A stretch of DNA of 64,000 nt from NCBI GenBank assembly GCA_964552475.1, contig CAZKFZ010000004.1, positions 1 through 64,000 of the forward strand, read 5' to 3'. The DNA is from an uncultured Candidatus Saccharibacteria bacterium. Its GTDB lineage: Bacteria; Patescibacteriota; Saccharimonadia; CAILAD01; BJGX01. Both the position numbers and the translations under genes were made by a program. Under the pieces are notes generated by a model. The model was given only the letters and a program-made list of their open reading frames with translations, made no database searches and was not told the DNA's origin. Of this stretch, positions 18,518 to 28,825 are shown piece after piece (position 1 is the first letter of the stretch; every line of letters begins with the position of its first letter).

Positions 18518-19215
18518 CTCACCACCCTCTTATTGTGTAGTTCACCATCTCGTACCCATACTATTTTATTAGCATACCTACCCACTTCAGAATTATGCGT
18601 TACAACCACGATAGTTACGCCCTTTTTGTTGAGCTCCTTGAGTAGGTTCATTATTTCGGTGCCTGTTTTGGTGTCTAAATTACCGGTAGGCTCATCTGCA
18701 AGTATCAAGCTTGGGTTATTAGTAAGAGCACGAGCAATTGCAACCCGCTGTACCTGTCCACCGCTCATTCTATTTGAACGACTTTTAGCTTTATCTAGTA
18801 GTCCTACCATCTTTAAAACCTCAACAACCTTATTTTTGCGTTCATGTTTACTTTTCTTAGCATAAACCATTGGTAGTTCAACATTTTGAGCTACGTTTAG
18901 CCGAGGCAGTAAGTTGAAGCTCTGAAATACAAAACCAATTTTATCTCGTCTTAGTCTAGCTAATTTTTTTTCATTAAGACTTATTGTATCAACTCCATCA
19001 AGTAAATACTCACCAGAAGTTGGCTGATCCAACAAACCAATAATATTCATAAGGGTTGATTTACCAGAACCAGACGGGCCCATTATTGCGACAAAATCAC
19101 CTTGTGTAATTGTTAGTTCTACACCTTTTAGTGCATCTAAAACACCGGCATCGTCGTCGTACCGTTTACCCATTTTATTCATAACAATTACATTTTGAAT
19201 TTTATTTTTTTTCAT
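18514..19215 (-). CDS. ABC transporter ATP-binding protein (MacB/LolD-type)
   Basis: 233 aa. Walker A GPSGSGKST, signature MSGGQVQRVAIARAL, Walker B ILADEPTGNLD. Overlaps the permease start by 4 nt. Confidence 0.9.
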   Translation of the reverse strand: MKKNKIQNVIVMNKMGKRYDDDAGVLDALKGVELTITQGDFVAIMGPSGSGKSTLMNIIGLLDQPTSGEYLLDGVDTISLNEKKLARLRRDKIGFVFQSFNLLPRLNVAQNVELPMVYAKKSKHERKNKVVEVLKMVGLLDKAKSRSNRMSGGQVQRVAIARALTNNPSLILADEPTGNLDTKTGTEIMNLLKELNKKGVTIVVVTHNSEVGRYANKIVWVRDGELHNKRVVR

Positions 19216-20653
19216 ATATAAAGCTCAATATTGCATCTTGGTTAACATTACCAGTATAGAACACGGTATTACTATTGCCAACTTCTCTCTTTACATCCTT
19301 CAAGCTACTAGCTGTAAGCTCATAATCTTCTGTGGGTAGAGTTAAGGAATAATTAATTGTGTACGGCCAGCCTCCAATCTGTTTTTGAATAGCGGTATTT
19401 ACTACAAGCTTATCACCAAATAAGTACTTGGTAGGTACTGTGTATTTGAAGCTTGAACTACTCTGCGTTAGTGGTTGCATATATCGATAATAGCCAATGA
19501 TTAATTTTTCGTTCTCTTTAGTTACTACGTATGGCTTTGACCCTACTGAGACGTTTTGAAGTTGTGTGGTTGGTGGTAGGGCCATCGTAATATAACTCTT
19601 ATCTTCTCCTATCAACCACATGGATTTATTCGTATTAGGATCTATATAGTTTATTCTGTTGGGCGAAGTATGTGCAGATATTATTTCTAGATCAACCGTA
19701 CTACTACCATCACTCAGTAGTGTCTGGTGCATATTTACAGTGTTTTTAATAAATGGTGAACTTTTATTGGCAGCAAAATTTGCTTCAGCCAACATAAGAT
19801 AATTCTCATCGTAACTTTTAATCTCCCCAGAAGCACCAATTTGTCTTATGAGTTCTTGAGTATTTTTATTAGTACTATACAGAACCACCTGTTTTTGGTT
19901 AATTAGATCCTGAAAAGTAGGTAAATAATCTTTTATTTCAAGAATATCTTTAGATAACAACCTAGTAATTAACTGATTTGCAAGACTCCCAATTACTCCA
20001 GACTTAGGATCTTTTTTCTGTTGTTTGTCTTTTCCTGCTTCTACTTCTAGCTGTACAGTTTCTCGAAAATTTTCCTTAGTAACCGTAATATCATAGTCTT
20101 TCAGATATACCGACCCTAGTTTACCCAGAAGCTCTTCTAGTACTTGTGGTGTAATCTGAACAACATTATCTACAGGTACAGAGGTATTAAGATGATAAAA
20201 ATACAACGCCCTTTTAGCATTATCAGGATAACTTAAATAGTTATTACTATCTCTTAAAGACGAACAGTCGATTAGATTGATAGCAAGGTAATCTGGTTGA
20301 GTATAATTCCTATCTTTACAAAAATCTGGTGAATCGATACTGTATACACCTACAAGTGGGTCAGCACTTATTTTGCCTTTGCTAGAGTTAACTAAACCTA
20401 GAGTGCCAATAAAGCCTCCTCCAGTGCGTATCTCCGCATTATTTGCAAGCACTAATAGAGTTTTTTGAGGCTTAGAATATCCACCCAGAGCCTTGTATAG
20501 CTCCTGGTAGGGTTTAAGTTGAGATGATTTCTCTTCTAATGATTGAAAGTACTGACCTGCCCTAACGGACACTATGTATATACCAAGAAGCAGTGTAGAC
20601 AATACTATGGCCACCAAAATATTACTAGGTTTACTTTTGTGTTGCTTAGTCAT
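19202..20653 (-). CDS. Secreted/membrane-anchored hypothetical protein (possibly DUF4012-like), first gene of the ABC exporter operon
   Basis: 483 aa. N-terminal TM anchor. Overlaps the ABC ATPase gene. Confidence 0.5.
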   Translation of the reverse strand: MTKQHKSKPSNILVAIVLSTLLLGIYIVSVRAGQYFQSLEEKSSQLKPYQELYKALGGYSKPQKTLLVLANNAEIRTGGGFIGTLGLVNSSKGKISADPLVGVYSIDSPDFCKDRNYTQPDYLAINLIDCSSLRDSNNYLSYPDNAKRALYFYHLNTSVPVDNVVQITPQVLEELLGKLGSVYLKDYDITVTKENFRETVQLEVEAGKDKQQKKDPKSGVIGSLANQLITRLLSKDILEIKDYLPTFQDLINQKQVVLYSTNKNTQELIRQIGASGEIKSYDENYLMLAEANFAANKSSPFIKNTVNMHQTLLSDGSSTVDLEIISAHTSPNRINYIDPNTNKSMWLIGEDKSYITMALPPTTQLQNVSVGSKPYVVTKENEKLIIGYYRYMQPLTQSSSSFKYTVPTKYLFGDKLVVNTAIQKQIGGWPYTINYSLTLPTEDYELTASSLKDVKREVGNSNTVFYTGNVNQDAILSFIYEKK

Positions 20654-21756
20654 TACCCACTCTTTAGGGCCTTACTATTAACTATCTCGTGTATTTGCGA
20701 TATAAACCGTTCTTTCGAGAAATCTTCGGCTCTATCTCTTATTTCTTCAGGTGAATAATGCATTTGCTCAAATTCGAGAATAGATTCTGTAATGGCTTTA
20801 TCTGTTTGGTTATTAAAAAACAATCCTGTTTTATTATTTACTACTGATTCACTAGCGCCACCCTTACCGTAAGTTATTACGGGTCTACCTGCAGACATGC
20901 ATTCTACAGGGGTAATGCCAAAATCTTCATAGGCTGTAAATATTAACGCCCTACATTTTTCATACAAACGAGCCACCTCTGTATCAGAAGGTGAGATAAT
21001 AAAATCAATTGTTGGGCCAGCAATTGATTGCAGATTTTTTAGTTCTGGGCCACTACCGGCAATTTTAAGATTTCGTCCTAGTTTATTACATGCTTTCACA
21101 GCCAAGTCTATTCTTTTGTATGGTATTAATCTACTGACAACCAAATAATAATCACTATTCTTGGTTGTTGGAGTAAATCTACTTATATCAACCGGTGGAT
21201 ACACAACCGTAGAGTCTCGGTGATAATATTTTTTAATTCTTTTTGCGACAGTTTTAGAGTTTGCCAACATTACATCGGGTCTTTGGGAGGCAGCATAATC
21301 CCAAAGGCGCATCTTTTTTACTACTCTAGGCAAAACAACCTTAAATAGAGGGTTTAATGCCCCCATTCCAGGCTGCTTAAGGTATTCTTCGTAACTACTC
21401 CAATAATAACGGGTGGGAGTATGAATATAGGCGATATGTGTAGTTTCAGTAGGCGTAACAATACCCTTAGATTCAGCGCTACTTGACGATATTACAATGT
21501 CATAGCCAGAAAAATCAAAACTCTCGAATGCCAAAGTTCTTAAAGTTGGGTAAAGTTGATGTTTTCGTATTGCCAGTGGCCAGTGCTGCAAGAATGATGT
21601 TCGCACATCAGAGTTTTTAAATAAATCTATCCTAGACGAATCGTAAACACTTGTATAGATAGGTGCGTGTGGGTATGCTTCTTGCATAGCCTCAAGTACC
21701 CTCTCTCCACCACCGAGGTTAGTTAGCCAGTCATGAACCAATGCAACCTTAGTCAC
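20653..21756 (-). CDS. Glycosyltransferase family 4
   Basis: 367 aa. MTKVALVHDWLTNLGGGERVLE... N-terminus and C-terminal GT4 motifs. Confidence 0.75.
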   Translation of the reverse strand: MTKVALVHDWLTNLGGGERVLEAMQEAYPHAPIYTSVYDSSRIDLFKNSDVRTSFLQHWPLAIRKHQLYPTLRTLAFESFDFSGYDIVISSSSAESKGIVTPTETTHIAYIHTPTRYYWSSYEEYLKQPGMGALNPLFKVVLPRVVKKMRLWDYAASQRPDVMLANSKTVAKRIKKYYHRDSTVVYPPVDISRFTPTTKNSDYYLVVSRLIPYKRIDLAVKACNKLGRNLKIAGSGPELKNLQSIAGPTIDFIISPSDTEVARLYEKCRALIFTAYEDFGITPVECMSAGRPVITYGKGGASESVVNNKTGLFFNNQTDKAITESILEFEQMHYSPEEIRDRAEDFSKERFISQIHEIVNSKALKSG

Positions 21757-21760
21757 TGCA

Positions 21761-23179
21761 TTAATACCCGTTATTTTGAAACAATATAATTGGTATAGTG
21801 CGTAAAATAATCGCCAAATCTAGACCAATACTCCAATTCTCTATGTAATAAACATCAAGTTTTACCCTACTATCATACTTAACATCGTTTCTGCCAGAAA
21901 CCTGCCACAAACCAGTCAAACCAGGCTTGATGTGAAGAAATAATCCAGATTCATCGCCATACCTTTCTAGTTCTGCCTCAACTATTGGTCTTGGTCCAAC
22001 GAAACTCAAATCGCCTTTTATTACATTAACTAGCTGGGGTAGTTCATCTAGACTTGTACGTCTTAAAAATCTCCCCAATCCACTTACTCTAGGATCATTT
22101 TTTACCTTGTGGTTAACTTTAAACTCCTCGATAATATGATAGTTATTAAAGCTTTTTAAAACTTCTAGATCACTTTTATTACCGAACTTGCCGCCTGTAC
22201 AATAAATTTGCTTCATTGTTCTAAACTTGTATATAAATATTTTTTTACCAGATCTAGTAAGTCTCTTATGGGCATAGAACATCGGGCCAGGATCGAATAT
22301 TTTTATTAAAATACCAATTACCAACATAAAAGGGAGTGCAATAATTAGGCTTGTAATAGATAGTACAAGATCTAATAGTCGCTTGGCTATTCTTCCCCAG
22401 CCTTCAAGTGGTGTTGATATTATCTCCATAACTGGTATATTCTTTATCCTGTTCATCCTCATCGGCACATCATACATCTGGGCAACAGTTGGTACTATAT
22501 GAAATTGAATCTGATTTTGTCTACAAAAACCTGCACATTTAACAGTTATCTCTTTTGCTAAGCCCTCCTCTAGCAAGAAAACATCATCAATAGAATATTT
22601 TTGCTGAAGTAAATTTAGTAGGCTTGGTTTTATGTCGTTTTTAACTGCAATATTCTTAACTACTCTGTATAATCTAAATTCATCTAGGAGATCTTTTTGA
22701 AAACCAATTCGTGATGGTCCATTGCCGATTATAAGTACATTATGTGTTCCTATACCCATGCGATAAAGAAAGTGTTGTAAAGAGTACATTATAAACCTCG
22801 ATGTAGTAACAAAAATAACAGCAAACACAAAACCATAAATTGGAATAGCTTTAGATGGAAATATTGGCTGTTGGGAGAAAAAGTCTATTATTATTAGAAC
22901 CATTACACCAACTGCTGACGCCATTAAAACCCGACTTGTTTCAGATAGCCTAGATCGAGTTGCCTTAAGATCGTATAGTCCTGCGAAAGCATATATAACT
23001 ATCCATAGCAGAAGGACCGGTAATATTACTATTAAAAATGACTTACCAGATACAAAATAGGCTAATGGTTTTGCTTGTTCGTGACGAATAAGATAAGCTA
23101 AAGCAAAACCCGATACAATCATGAAATAGTCGATAGGTATCAGTAGAGCTCTAAACAATAACTCGCTTCTTTTTTTCAT
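21761..23179 (-). CDS. Polyprenyl glycosylphosphotransferase (WbaP/bacterial sugar transferase family)
   Basis: 472 aa. Multiple N-terminal TM helices and the conserved C-terminal ...SLDELPQLVNVIKGDLSFVGPRP... Confidence 0.85.
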   Translation of the reverse strand: MKKRSELLFRALLIPIDYFMIVSGFALAYLIRHEQAKPLAYFVSGKSFLIVILPVLLLWIVIYAFAGLYDLKATRSRLSETSRVLMASAVGVMVLIIIDFFSQQPIFPSKAIPIYGFVFAVIFVTTSRFIMYSLQHFLYRMGIGTHNVLIIGNGPSRIGFQKDLLDEFRLYRVVKNIAVKNDIKPSLLNLLQQKYSIDDVFLLEEGLAKEITVKCAGFCRQNQIQFHIVPTVAQMYDVPMRMNRIKNIPVMEIISTPLEGWGRIAKRLLDLVLSITSLIIALPFMLVIGILIKIFDPGPMFYAHKRLTRSGKKIFIYKFRTMKQIYCTGGKFGNKSDLEVLKSFNNYHIIEEFKVNHKVKNDPRVSGLGRFLRRTSLDELPQLVNVIKGDLSFVGPRPIVEAELERYGDESGLFLHIKPGLTGLWQVSGRNDVKYDSRVKLDVYYIENWSIGLDLAIILRTIPIILFQNNGY

Positions 23180-23240
23180 ATTTTTACTCTCATACTTATG
23201 CCTATTATATCAAAATACCCTCTATTCCAGAGGGTGTTTT

Positions 23241-23624
23241 GATAATAAGTTAGCTATAAGCCGAATTTTGTCCTCCGTCTATTGACGGATGTGTAATCAT
23301 CTATCTTCCCTTGCGGGCGTCCGTCGATCGACGGATCATGCGATATACCCTTAAAGAGCGAGTAACTCTTCTGCCAAATAAGCAGATGGGCCCATAATCT
23401 TGCAGCCGGTAGGGTTTACCACCTTCTACAGTCACCCATAGAAGTTGCGAGCTCTTACCTCGCTCTTTTCACCCTTACCCCTCACTAATAGTGGCTAGGG
23501 GCGGTATAGTTTCTGTGGCACTTTCCCGAGAGTCACCTCTGGTTGCTGTTAACAACTACCGTACTCTAAGCTGTTCGGACTTTCCTACCGCCTAATGCCG
23601 GTTGATTACCCACTAACTTATCAG
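23241..23624 (-). ncRNA. rnpB: RNase P RNA (bacterial type A)
   Basis: Minus strand contains GGAAAGUCCGAACAG (CR-I/P4 5' strand; plus 23577-23586 cggactttcc). It also contains AGGGUGAAAAGAGCGAGGUAAGAGCUC (CR-II/III, GGUAAGAGC) and ACAAAAUUCGGCUUAUA (CR-V/P4 3' strand; plus 23257-23271). P1-like 5'/3' complementarity (GATAAGTTAG / CTAACTTATTATC) is present, and the region has no ORF. Confidence 0.8.
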
Positions 23625-23654
23625 TAATAATATAGCACTTTTTTACTAAAATGT

Positions 23655-24065
23655 CTATAGAGTTTGGTTATCTAAGCAAATATTTACCTGTTCGTCAGCA
23701 AGTTTATTATCTTCCCTATAAACATGTGTAAAGCTAATATTTAAGTTGTTAATTAAAGAAATAATCTCTTTATAAATAGGCTTAATATTGGCATTCTTAA
23801 CTTTATAATCACCATTTAGCTGCTTAACTACCAACATACTGTCTAGATAAAACTCAATTTTAAAGTCTTTATATGGCTCAATGTGTTTTAAAGCTAGTAT
23901 TACCGCCATATATTCAGCGAAATTATTAGTCTGAATACCAAGGAATTCGTTATACTCTGCTAATACCTCATCCTCTGATGATACAAATACAACACCGGCC
24001 GCAGCTGGACCAGGATTGCCCCTAGATCCACCATCACAGAATATTTTTATCGTCTTATTAACCAT
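23655..24065 (-). CDS. rnhA: Ribonuclease HI
   Basis: 136 aa. IFCDGGSRGNPGPAAAGVVF... and conserved acidic catalytic residues. Confidence 0.85.
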   Translation of the reverse strand: MVNKTIKIFCDGGSRGNPGPAAAGVVFVSSEDEVLAEYNEFLGIQTNNFAEYMAVILALKHIEPYKDFKIEFYLDSMLVVKQLNGDYKVKNANIKPIYKEIISLINNLNISFTHVYREDNKLADEQVNICLDNQTL

Positions 24066-24832
24066 ATGGCTATTATACCTAATCCTAAAATAATTCTATA
24101 CAATACAAATATCAACATTGAATGACTCTTAAGGTAGTCTAGTAACCATTTAATGACCAATAACCCCACAACAAACGTTACTACTATGCCTAAAATGATA
24201 TCTAAATTTGATATAGACTTAACAGGCTCTTTAACTAAACTAAGTGCTTTATATAGTCCTGCACCGAGAGATATAGGTGTGGCAAGCAAAAAACTAAATC
24301 TAGCAGCGTCTTCTCGCTTTAAACCTAGCCATAAACCTGCAGTAATTGTTATACCAGATCTAGAGGTACCGGGTATAAGAGCAACAGCCTGAGCAAAACC
24401 AATTATTACACTTTGTTTTAATGTAATTTTGTCAACAGATTCGTATAGTTTGGCAGTTTTATCGACATATAGTAGTAAAAATCCAAACAATATCATACCG
24501 ATTGCTAAAACAAGAGGGGCATAACTACTAGCATGTAAATAGTGTTCAATATATTTATCGCCAAAGTAACCAATAAATAGAGCTGGTAGGGTGGCTATTA
24601 TTATGTATTTAATTAACTTGTCTTTTTTTATTAGCATCTGCCAAAATTCTTGACCAAAAAAGACCAGTAGGGCTAGGGCTGTGCCAATATGTAGTGCAGC
24701 GTCAAAGGCTAGGCCTGGATTAGTAAAATTAAAAACCCAAGGGACTAAAAGTAGGTGCGCCGATGACGATATGGGCAAAAACTCTGTCACTGCCTGAACG
24801 ATAGAAAGTATAATAACTACATAGATATTCAT
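24047..24832 (-). CDS. uppP: Undecaprenyl-diphosphate phosphatase
   Basis: 261 aa. ...PGTSRSGITITAGL... BacA/UppP motif, polytopic membrane protein. Confidence 0.85.
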   Translation of the reverse strand: MNIYVVIILSIVQAVTEFLPISSSAHLLLVPWVFNFTNPGLAFDAALHIGTALALLVFFGQEFWQMLIKKDKLIKYIIIATLPALFIGYFGDKYIEHYLHASSYAPLVLAIGMILFGFLLLYVDKTAKLYESVDKITLKQSVIIGFAQAVALIPGTSRSGITITAGLWLGLKREDAARFSFLLATPISLGAGLYKALSLVKEPVKSISNLDIILGIVVTFVVGLLVIKWLLDYLKSHSMLIFVLYRIILGLGIIAIWLIRR

Positions 24833-25245
24833 TTTTTAGCGCTCAATACTTTAAGCTTAGATCTAATCTTGGTAGCTTCTTTAGATAAATCTTGGATGTT
24901 CACCCGGTGAGCTTTATTGTGATCTAGATCGGCAATGTCAAATAAAGACAATACATGAATGTGTACGTGTGGTACTTCAAAACCAACGGCACTTAGACCA
25001 ACTTTGGGTGGGTTATAGAGTGTTTTTATTACCTTTCCCACCTCTTGAGCTAAAAGCATCATCTCTTGCCAGGTTTCGCCTGGCAAATCTTGCCAATCGG
25101 CAATCGGTCCTTTAGATACTATAAGTACGTGGCCAGGATTGTGTGGTGCTATCGTAAGCATGGCAAAACATTCTCTACCCCTGTAGACTATCTCTCCAGG
25201 TATATCGCCATTCAAAATTTTTGTAAAAACTGTTTCTGACATCAC
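24829..25245 (-). CDS. HIT-family (histidine triad) hydrolase
   Basis: 138 aa. HVHIHVL histidine-triad motif. Confidence 0.8.
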   Translation of the reverse strand: MMSETVFTKILNGDIPGEIVYRGRECFAMLTIAPHNPGHVLIVSKGPIADWQDLPGETWQEMMLLAQEVGKVIKTLYNPPKVGLSAVGFEVPHVHIHVLSLFDIADLDHNKAHRVNIQDLSKEATKIRSKLKVLSAKK

Positions 25246-25251
25246 CCTACT

Positions 25252-27693
25252 CTACACCTGCAGGTCACCAACATCAAGCACTACTTGGGCGCCCTTCTGA
25301 ACTTTGCCAGACAGTATTTGCTTGGCAACAGTATTCTCTACCATTCTCTGTACTGCCCTTCTCATTGGTCTAGCACCTAGCCTAGGATCATAACCAACAT
25401 CAACCAGATGTGCGTAAGCAGCCTCAGTGAGCTGTACGGAAATTTTTTGCGCAGAGAGTTCTTTATTTACTCCTTTTATCATTAAGTACGCAACTTGTAA
25501 AAGTTCTTGCTTATTAAGGGGTCTAAACAGCACTAGCTCGTCAAAGCGATTAATAAGCTCTGGTTTGAATAGGTGTTGATTAATGATATTGTCGGTGAAT
25601 TCTTGCTCAAACTGTTCTAAAGATTGACCAGCCTCTATGTGAGACCTAATCTCATCTGAGCCAGCATTTGATGTACAAATAACTATTGCTTCTTTAAATG
25701 AAACTTTTTTACCACTCTCATCGGTGAGTACGCCTTCGTCTAATAATTGTAGAAGTAAATTCAATATATCTGGGTTGGCTTTTTCTATCTCGTCGAATAA
25801 CACCACTGAAAAAGGTTTTTGTGTTATAGCTTCAAGCAGTGGACTACCAGCTTCATCCTCTGAGCTAGCCGATAAGAATCTGTGAACATCTTCGGTGGTC
25901 TGATACTCACTCATATCTAAACGGATCATATCACCTTCTCCACCAAAATACACCGCTGCCAAAGACTTGGCTAGCTCAGTCTTACCAACACCTGTTGGCC
26001 CCAAGAATAAGAAACTTCCAACTGGTCTATTGGTGTTGCGCACACCAGCTCTTGAGCGTCTCAAGGCATCTGCTACTACCTTCACCGCTCTTTCCTGATT
26101 AATCATGCGTTGGTGTATAAGGTCTTCAAGTTGCAATAGTTGACCCTTCTCTTGATTATCACCTTCTTTTACCTTAGTATTAGCAATTATTTCAACCGCC
26201 TGCTGAACAGATTCAGGAGTAATAATACCGTTAACCGGATAGTTGCAACTGTCTTCTAATAAATCGATGGCTTTCGAGGGCATACCTTTATCTTGTATGT
26301 ACCTTTCTGCTAGCCTATAAGTCTCTTCAAGGGCTTTGAAGGTAATTGCTCTGCGATACTGGGCCTCAAAATTTATGGCTATATCTTGCAAAATAGCTAT
26401 TGTTTGTGCCTGGTCGGCTTCCGCAACATCCACCCTAGCAAAAGTTTGACCCAAACTAGGATTACTAGAGGTAAGCTTGTGCCAGTCTTGATTATTCATA
26501 GATATAATACATTTGAGACCTGTTCGCTCTAATATTGGTAGGAGTATTTTAGAAATATTAACCGTACCTGGCTCATTACTGAAAAATAGCTGGGCTTCAT
26601 CAAAAAACAGAATAATATTACCTGCCCTTACTGTGTTGATAAATATTTGTTCAAATATTTGTTCTATATGGGTATCTTCTGTTACCGATGCAGTAACAAC
26701 CGTAGGGTCTATTTGAACAATTTGCTTGTATTGCAAGCTAGGGTCGGTCTCGCCTCTTATCATTTGCTCTGCCAGAGCATAAACCAGGGCCGATTTACCA
26801 ACCCCTACTTCACCTATTAAGGCAATGCTTCCTCTATTCGGTCTTGCTAGATTTGTCGACATTTGTTCGAGTACATGCCCCCTACTTACACCAGAGAAGT
26901 CTTGGTTGCCGTTTTGTATCTCTAAGCTAATATTGTGCCCATATTGGTCAAGTATAGGCGTAAATCCTGATGCCCAATCTCTACCAATACCTCCAAACAT
27001 ATTGTTTTTCTTAGGTGTTAATTCTCTTTTCAAAAGTGACTCTTGCCATTGTAGGCCCTGAACAATATCCTCGGTGTCGAGAGCGAGTGTCGTAATATAT
27101 TCAACTATTTTGGGTGTGCCAACAATAATAGCTGTGGCAATCACTCCAGCATTTACCTCTCGTACTGGCATTTGTTGTACAAGCTGTACGCACAGATGCC
27201 ACATAGCCGCACTATCAGAGGGGCTTTGTGATATTCTGGAAACTATCTCAGCTTCACTGAGCTCATAGTGTAATAGCAAAAACCTTAACTCCCAATTCTT
27301 ATTAATGCTCTCCCAAACTTGCTTGGGCGACATTGTTTCATTGATACTTGCAACAATATCACTCGCTAGCACCTTATCTAGAGCAAGTGGGCCTTCTGTG
27401 GCCGACATAACGGCCGGAATGTCGGCTAGATCCCAACTCAGCCAAAAACTAAAGCATATTAAGCCAGTAGCTAATCCAATAAGCATATAGCCCGGATGTA
27501 TACCGATAAACACCAAGGCAACTCCGCCAGCTATTAATACAATAGCTAGAAAAGTGCTAATCTTGGCTGTAGAGTGAGGAAAATGATTTACAAACTTCGC
27601 TTTTCGCACCCTTATTGTCGTTGAATATGTTATATCGCTCATGAGAAACCTAAAATAAAGAAGCCTACTATACCAAATGGCAAGAAAGGCCAA
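25252..27693 (-). CDS. Clp/Hsp100-family double AAA+ ATPase with N-terminal transmembrane anchor
   Basis: 813 aa. Two hydrophobic helices at the N-terminus. D1 Walker A GEVGVGKSA with Walker B FFDEAQ, D2 Walker A GPTGVGKTE with Walker B LFDEIEKA, and ClpB_D2-small-like C-terminus (GARPMRRAV). Confidence 0.75.
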   Translation of the reverse strand: MAFLAIWYSRLLYFRFLMSDITYSTTIRVRKAKFVNHFPHSTAKISTFLAIVLIAGGVALVFIGIHPGYMLIGLATGLICFSFWLSWDLADIPAVMSATEGPLALDKVLASDIVASINETMSPKQVWESINKNWELRFLLLHYELSEAEIVSRISQSPSDSAAMWHLCVQLVQQMPVREVNAGVIATAIIVGTPKIVEYITTLALDTEDIVQGLQWQESLLKRELTPKKNNMFGGIGRDWASGFTPILDQYGHNISLEIQNGNQDFSGVSRGHVLEQMSTNLARPNRGSIALIGEVGVGKSALVYALAEQMIRGETDPSLQYKQIVQIDPTVVTASVTEDTHIEQIFEQIFINTVRAGNIILFFDEAQLFFSNEPGTVNISKILLPILERTGLKCIISMNNQDWHKLTSSNPSLGQTFARVDVAEADQAQTIAILQDIAINFEAQYRRAITFKALEETYRLAERYIQDKGMPSKAIDLLEDSCNYPVNGIITPESVQQAVEIIANTKVKEGDNQEKGQLLQLEDLIHQRMINQERAVKVVADALRRSRAGVRNTNRPVGSFLFLGPTGVGKTELAKSLAAVYFGGEGDMIRLDMSEYQTTEDVHRFLSASSEDEAGSPLLEAITQKPFSVVLFDEIEKANPDILNLLLQLLDEGVLTDESGKKVSFKEAIVICTSNAGSDEIRSHIEAGQSLEQFEQEFTDNIINQHLFKPELINRFDELVLFRPLNKQELLQVAYLMIKGVNKELSAQKISVQLTEAAYAHLVDVGYDPRLGARPMRRAVQRMVENTVAKQILSGKVQKGAQVVLDVGDLQV

Positions 27694-27998
27694 ATTATCA
27701 AAATTACTAGACTTACAACGAGCATAGCTATCATTGAGACAAGTCCGGCGACAATAGTGAATATTCTGATAGTAAAGCCCACAAACCTAGATACTAAGTT
27801 GTCTACTATAGCCCTAAAGAAATTCTGTATTCCTTTACCAGCATCTGTTTGAATTCTTTTCCAGGGAGCGAAAAGTGTTTTCAACAAAATTGGTATAGAA
27901 AACATATACCATATAGCCTTAAGACGCGCTTGGAGAGTTGAGGCTAATCGAGCAAAACCTCGAGTATACCACCAGGAGAAAAACTCAATAATAAGCAT
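27639..27998 (-). CDS. Small hypothetical membrane protein
   Basis: 119 aa with two long hydrophobic helices, just upstream of the Clp-like gene. Confidence 0.4.
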   Translation of the reverse strand: MLIIEFFSWWYTRGFARLASTLQARLKAIWYMFSIPILLKTLFAPWKRIQTDAGKGIQNFFRAIVDNLVSRFVGFTIRIFTIVAGLVSMIAMLVVSLVILIIWPFLPFGIVGFFILGFS

Positions 27999-28187
27999 GT
28001 GTATATTGTAACAAACTTATGCTTATATTGGCTACCTAGATTCTAGATAGAAATATTATTTATTATAAAGGGCGACAGGTCAGCGCTCGAATGTTATTCA
28101 GGCTAACCTGCAATTTAGCAAACTAAATATGCAGTTTCAGGCTACTCTCTCCATATATAAAAAGACCCATACATGAGTCTTTTTATA

Positions 28188-28263
28188 TGGTCAGGGTGAC
28201 AGGACTTGAACCTGCGACCTCACGGCCCCCAGCCGTACGCGCTACCAACTGCGCCACACCCTG
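28188..28263 (-). tRNA. tRNA-Pro (anticodon GGG), CCA encoded
   Basis: Cloverleaf CAGGGTG-TG-GCGC/AGTTGGTA/GCGC-G-TACGG/CTGGGGG/CCGTG-AGGTC-GCAGG/TTCAAGT/CCTGT-CACCCTG-A-CCA. Anticodon GGG with G37. Confidence 0.85.
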
Positions 28264-28282
28264 ATACTTACCGATTTATCTC

Positions 28283-28705
28283 TTAACTATATTCCAGCGT
28301 ATAAGGATCTCTCCGGTAAATAGCGTTGTCGAGGCGCCTACCAAGCTTGATAAAATGCGTGTGATGGTGATTGATAGTACGCACTGGATTATTTGGCTCA
28401 CGAAAAAATACATTGTAGCCCTGCTCTTCGTATTTTATGATTATATCGAGAAACTGCAACCTTTCGGGCTTGGATAAGTTCTCAAGAGTATCTACGTGTT
28501 TGATAGGTACCACCATCAGATGGTCAGTAACTTCGCACATCTCAAAGATATTATAACCAAACTTATTACGGACAATTACGAAGTAGTCATACTGTTCTAC
28601 AATTTCTTCAAAATCCCATGCACAAAATACACACCCCTTATCTCTTGGGTTGTTTTTATAGTACTGATTCTTTGCAACTTCCCTCTTGGTAGATAAGTAC
28701 ATCAC
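28283..28705 (-). CDS. HIT-like protein (second histidine-triad family member)
   Basis: 140 aa. ...RTINHHHTHFI... C-terminal His cluster in a HIT-like arrangement. Confidence 0.5.
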   Translation of the reverse strand: MMYLSTKREVAKNQYYKNNPRDKGCVFCAWDFEEIVEQYDYFVIVRNKFGYNIFEMCEVTDHLMVVPIKHVDTLENLSKPERLQFLDIIIKYEEQGYNVFFREPNNPVRTINHHHTHFIKLGRRLDNAIYRRDPYTLEYS

Positions 28706-28825
28706 ATGTATTATGACACACTATCTAATGCTATTTCAATCAATAGTATATAATAGGTATTTACATACCACTTATGCTGTGACATACTTATTATGTAATT
28801 TTAGTGTGTATATATTTTATATTAT

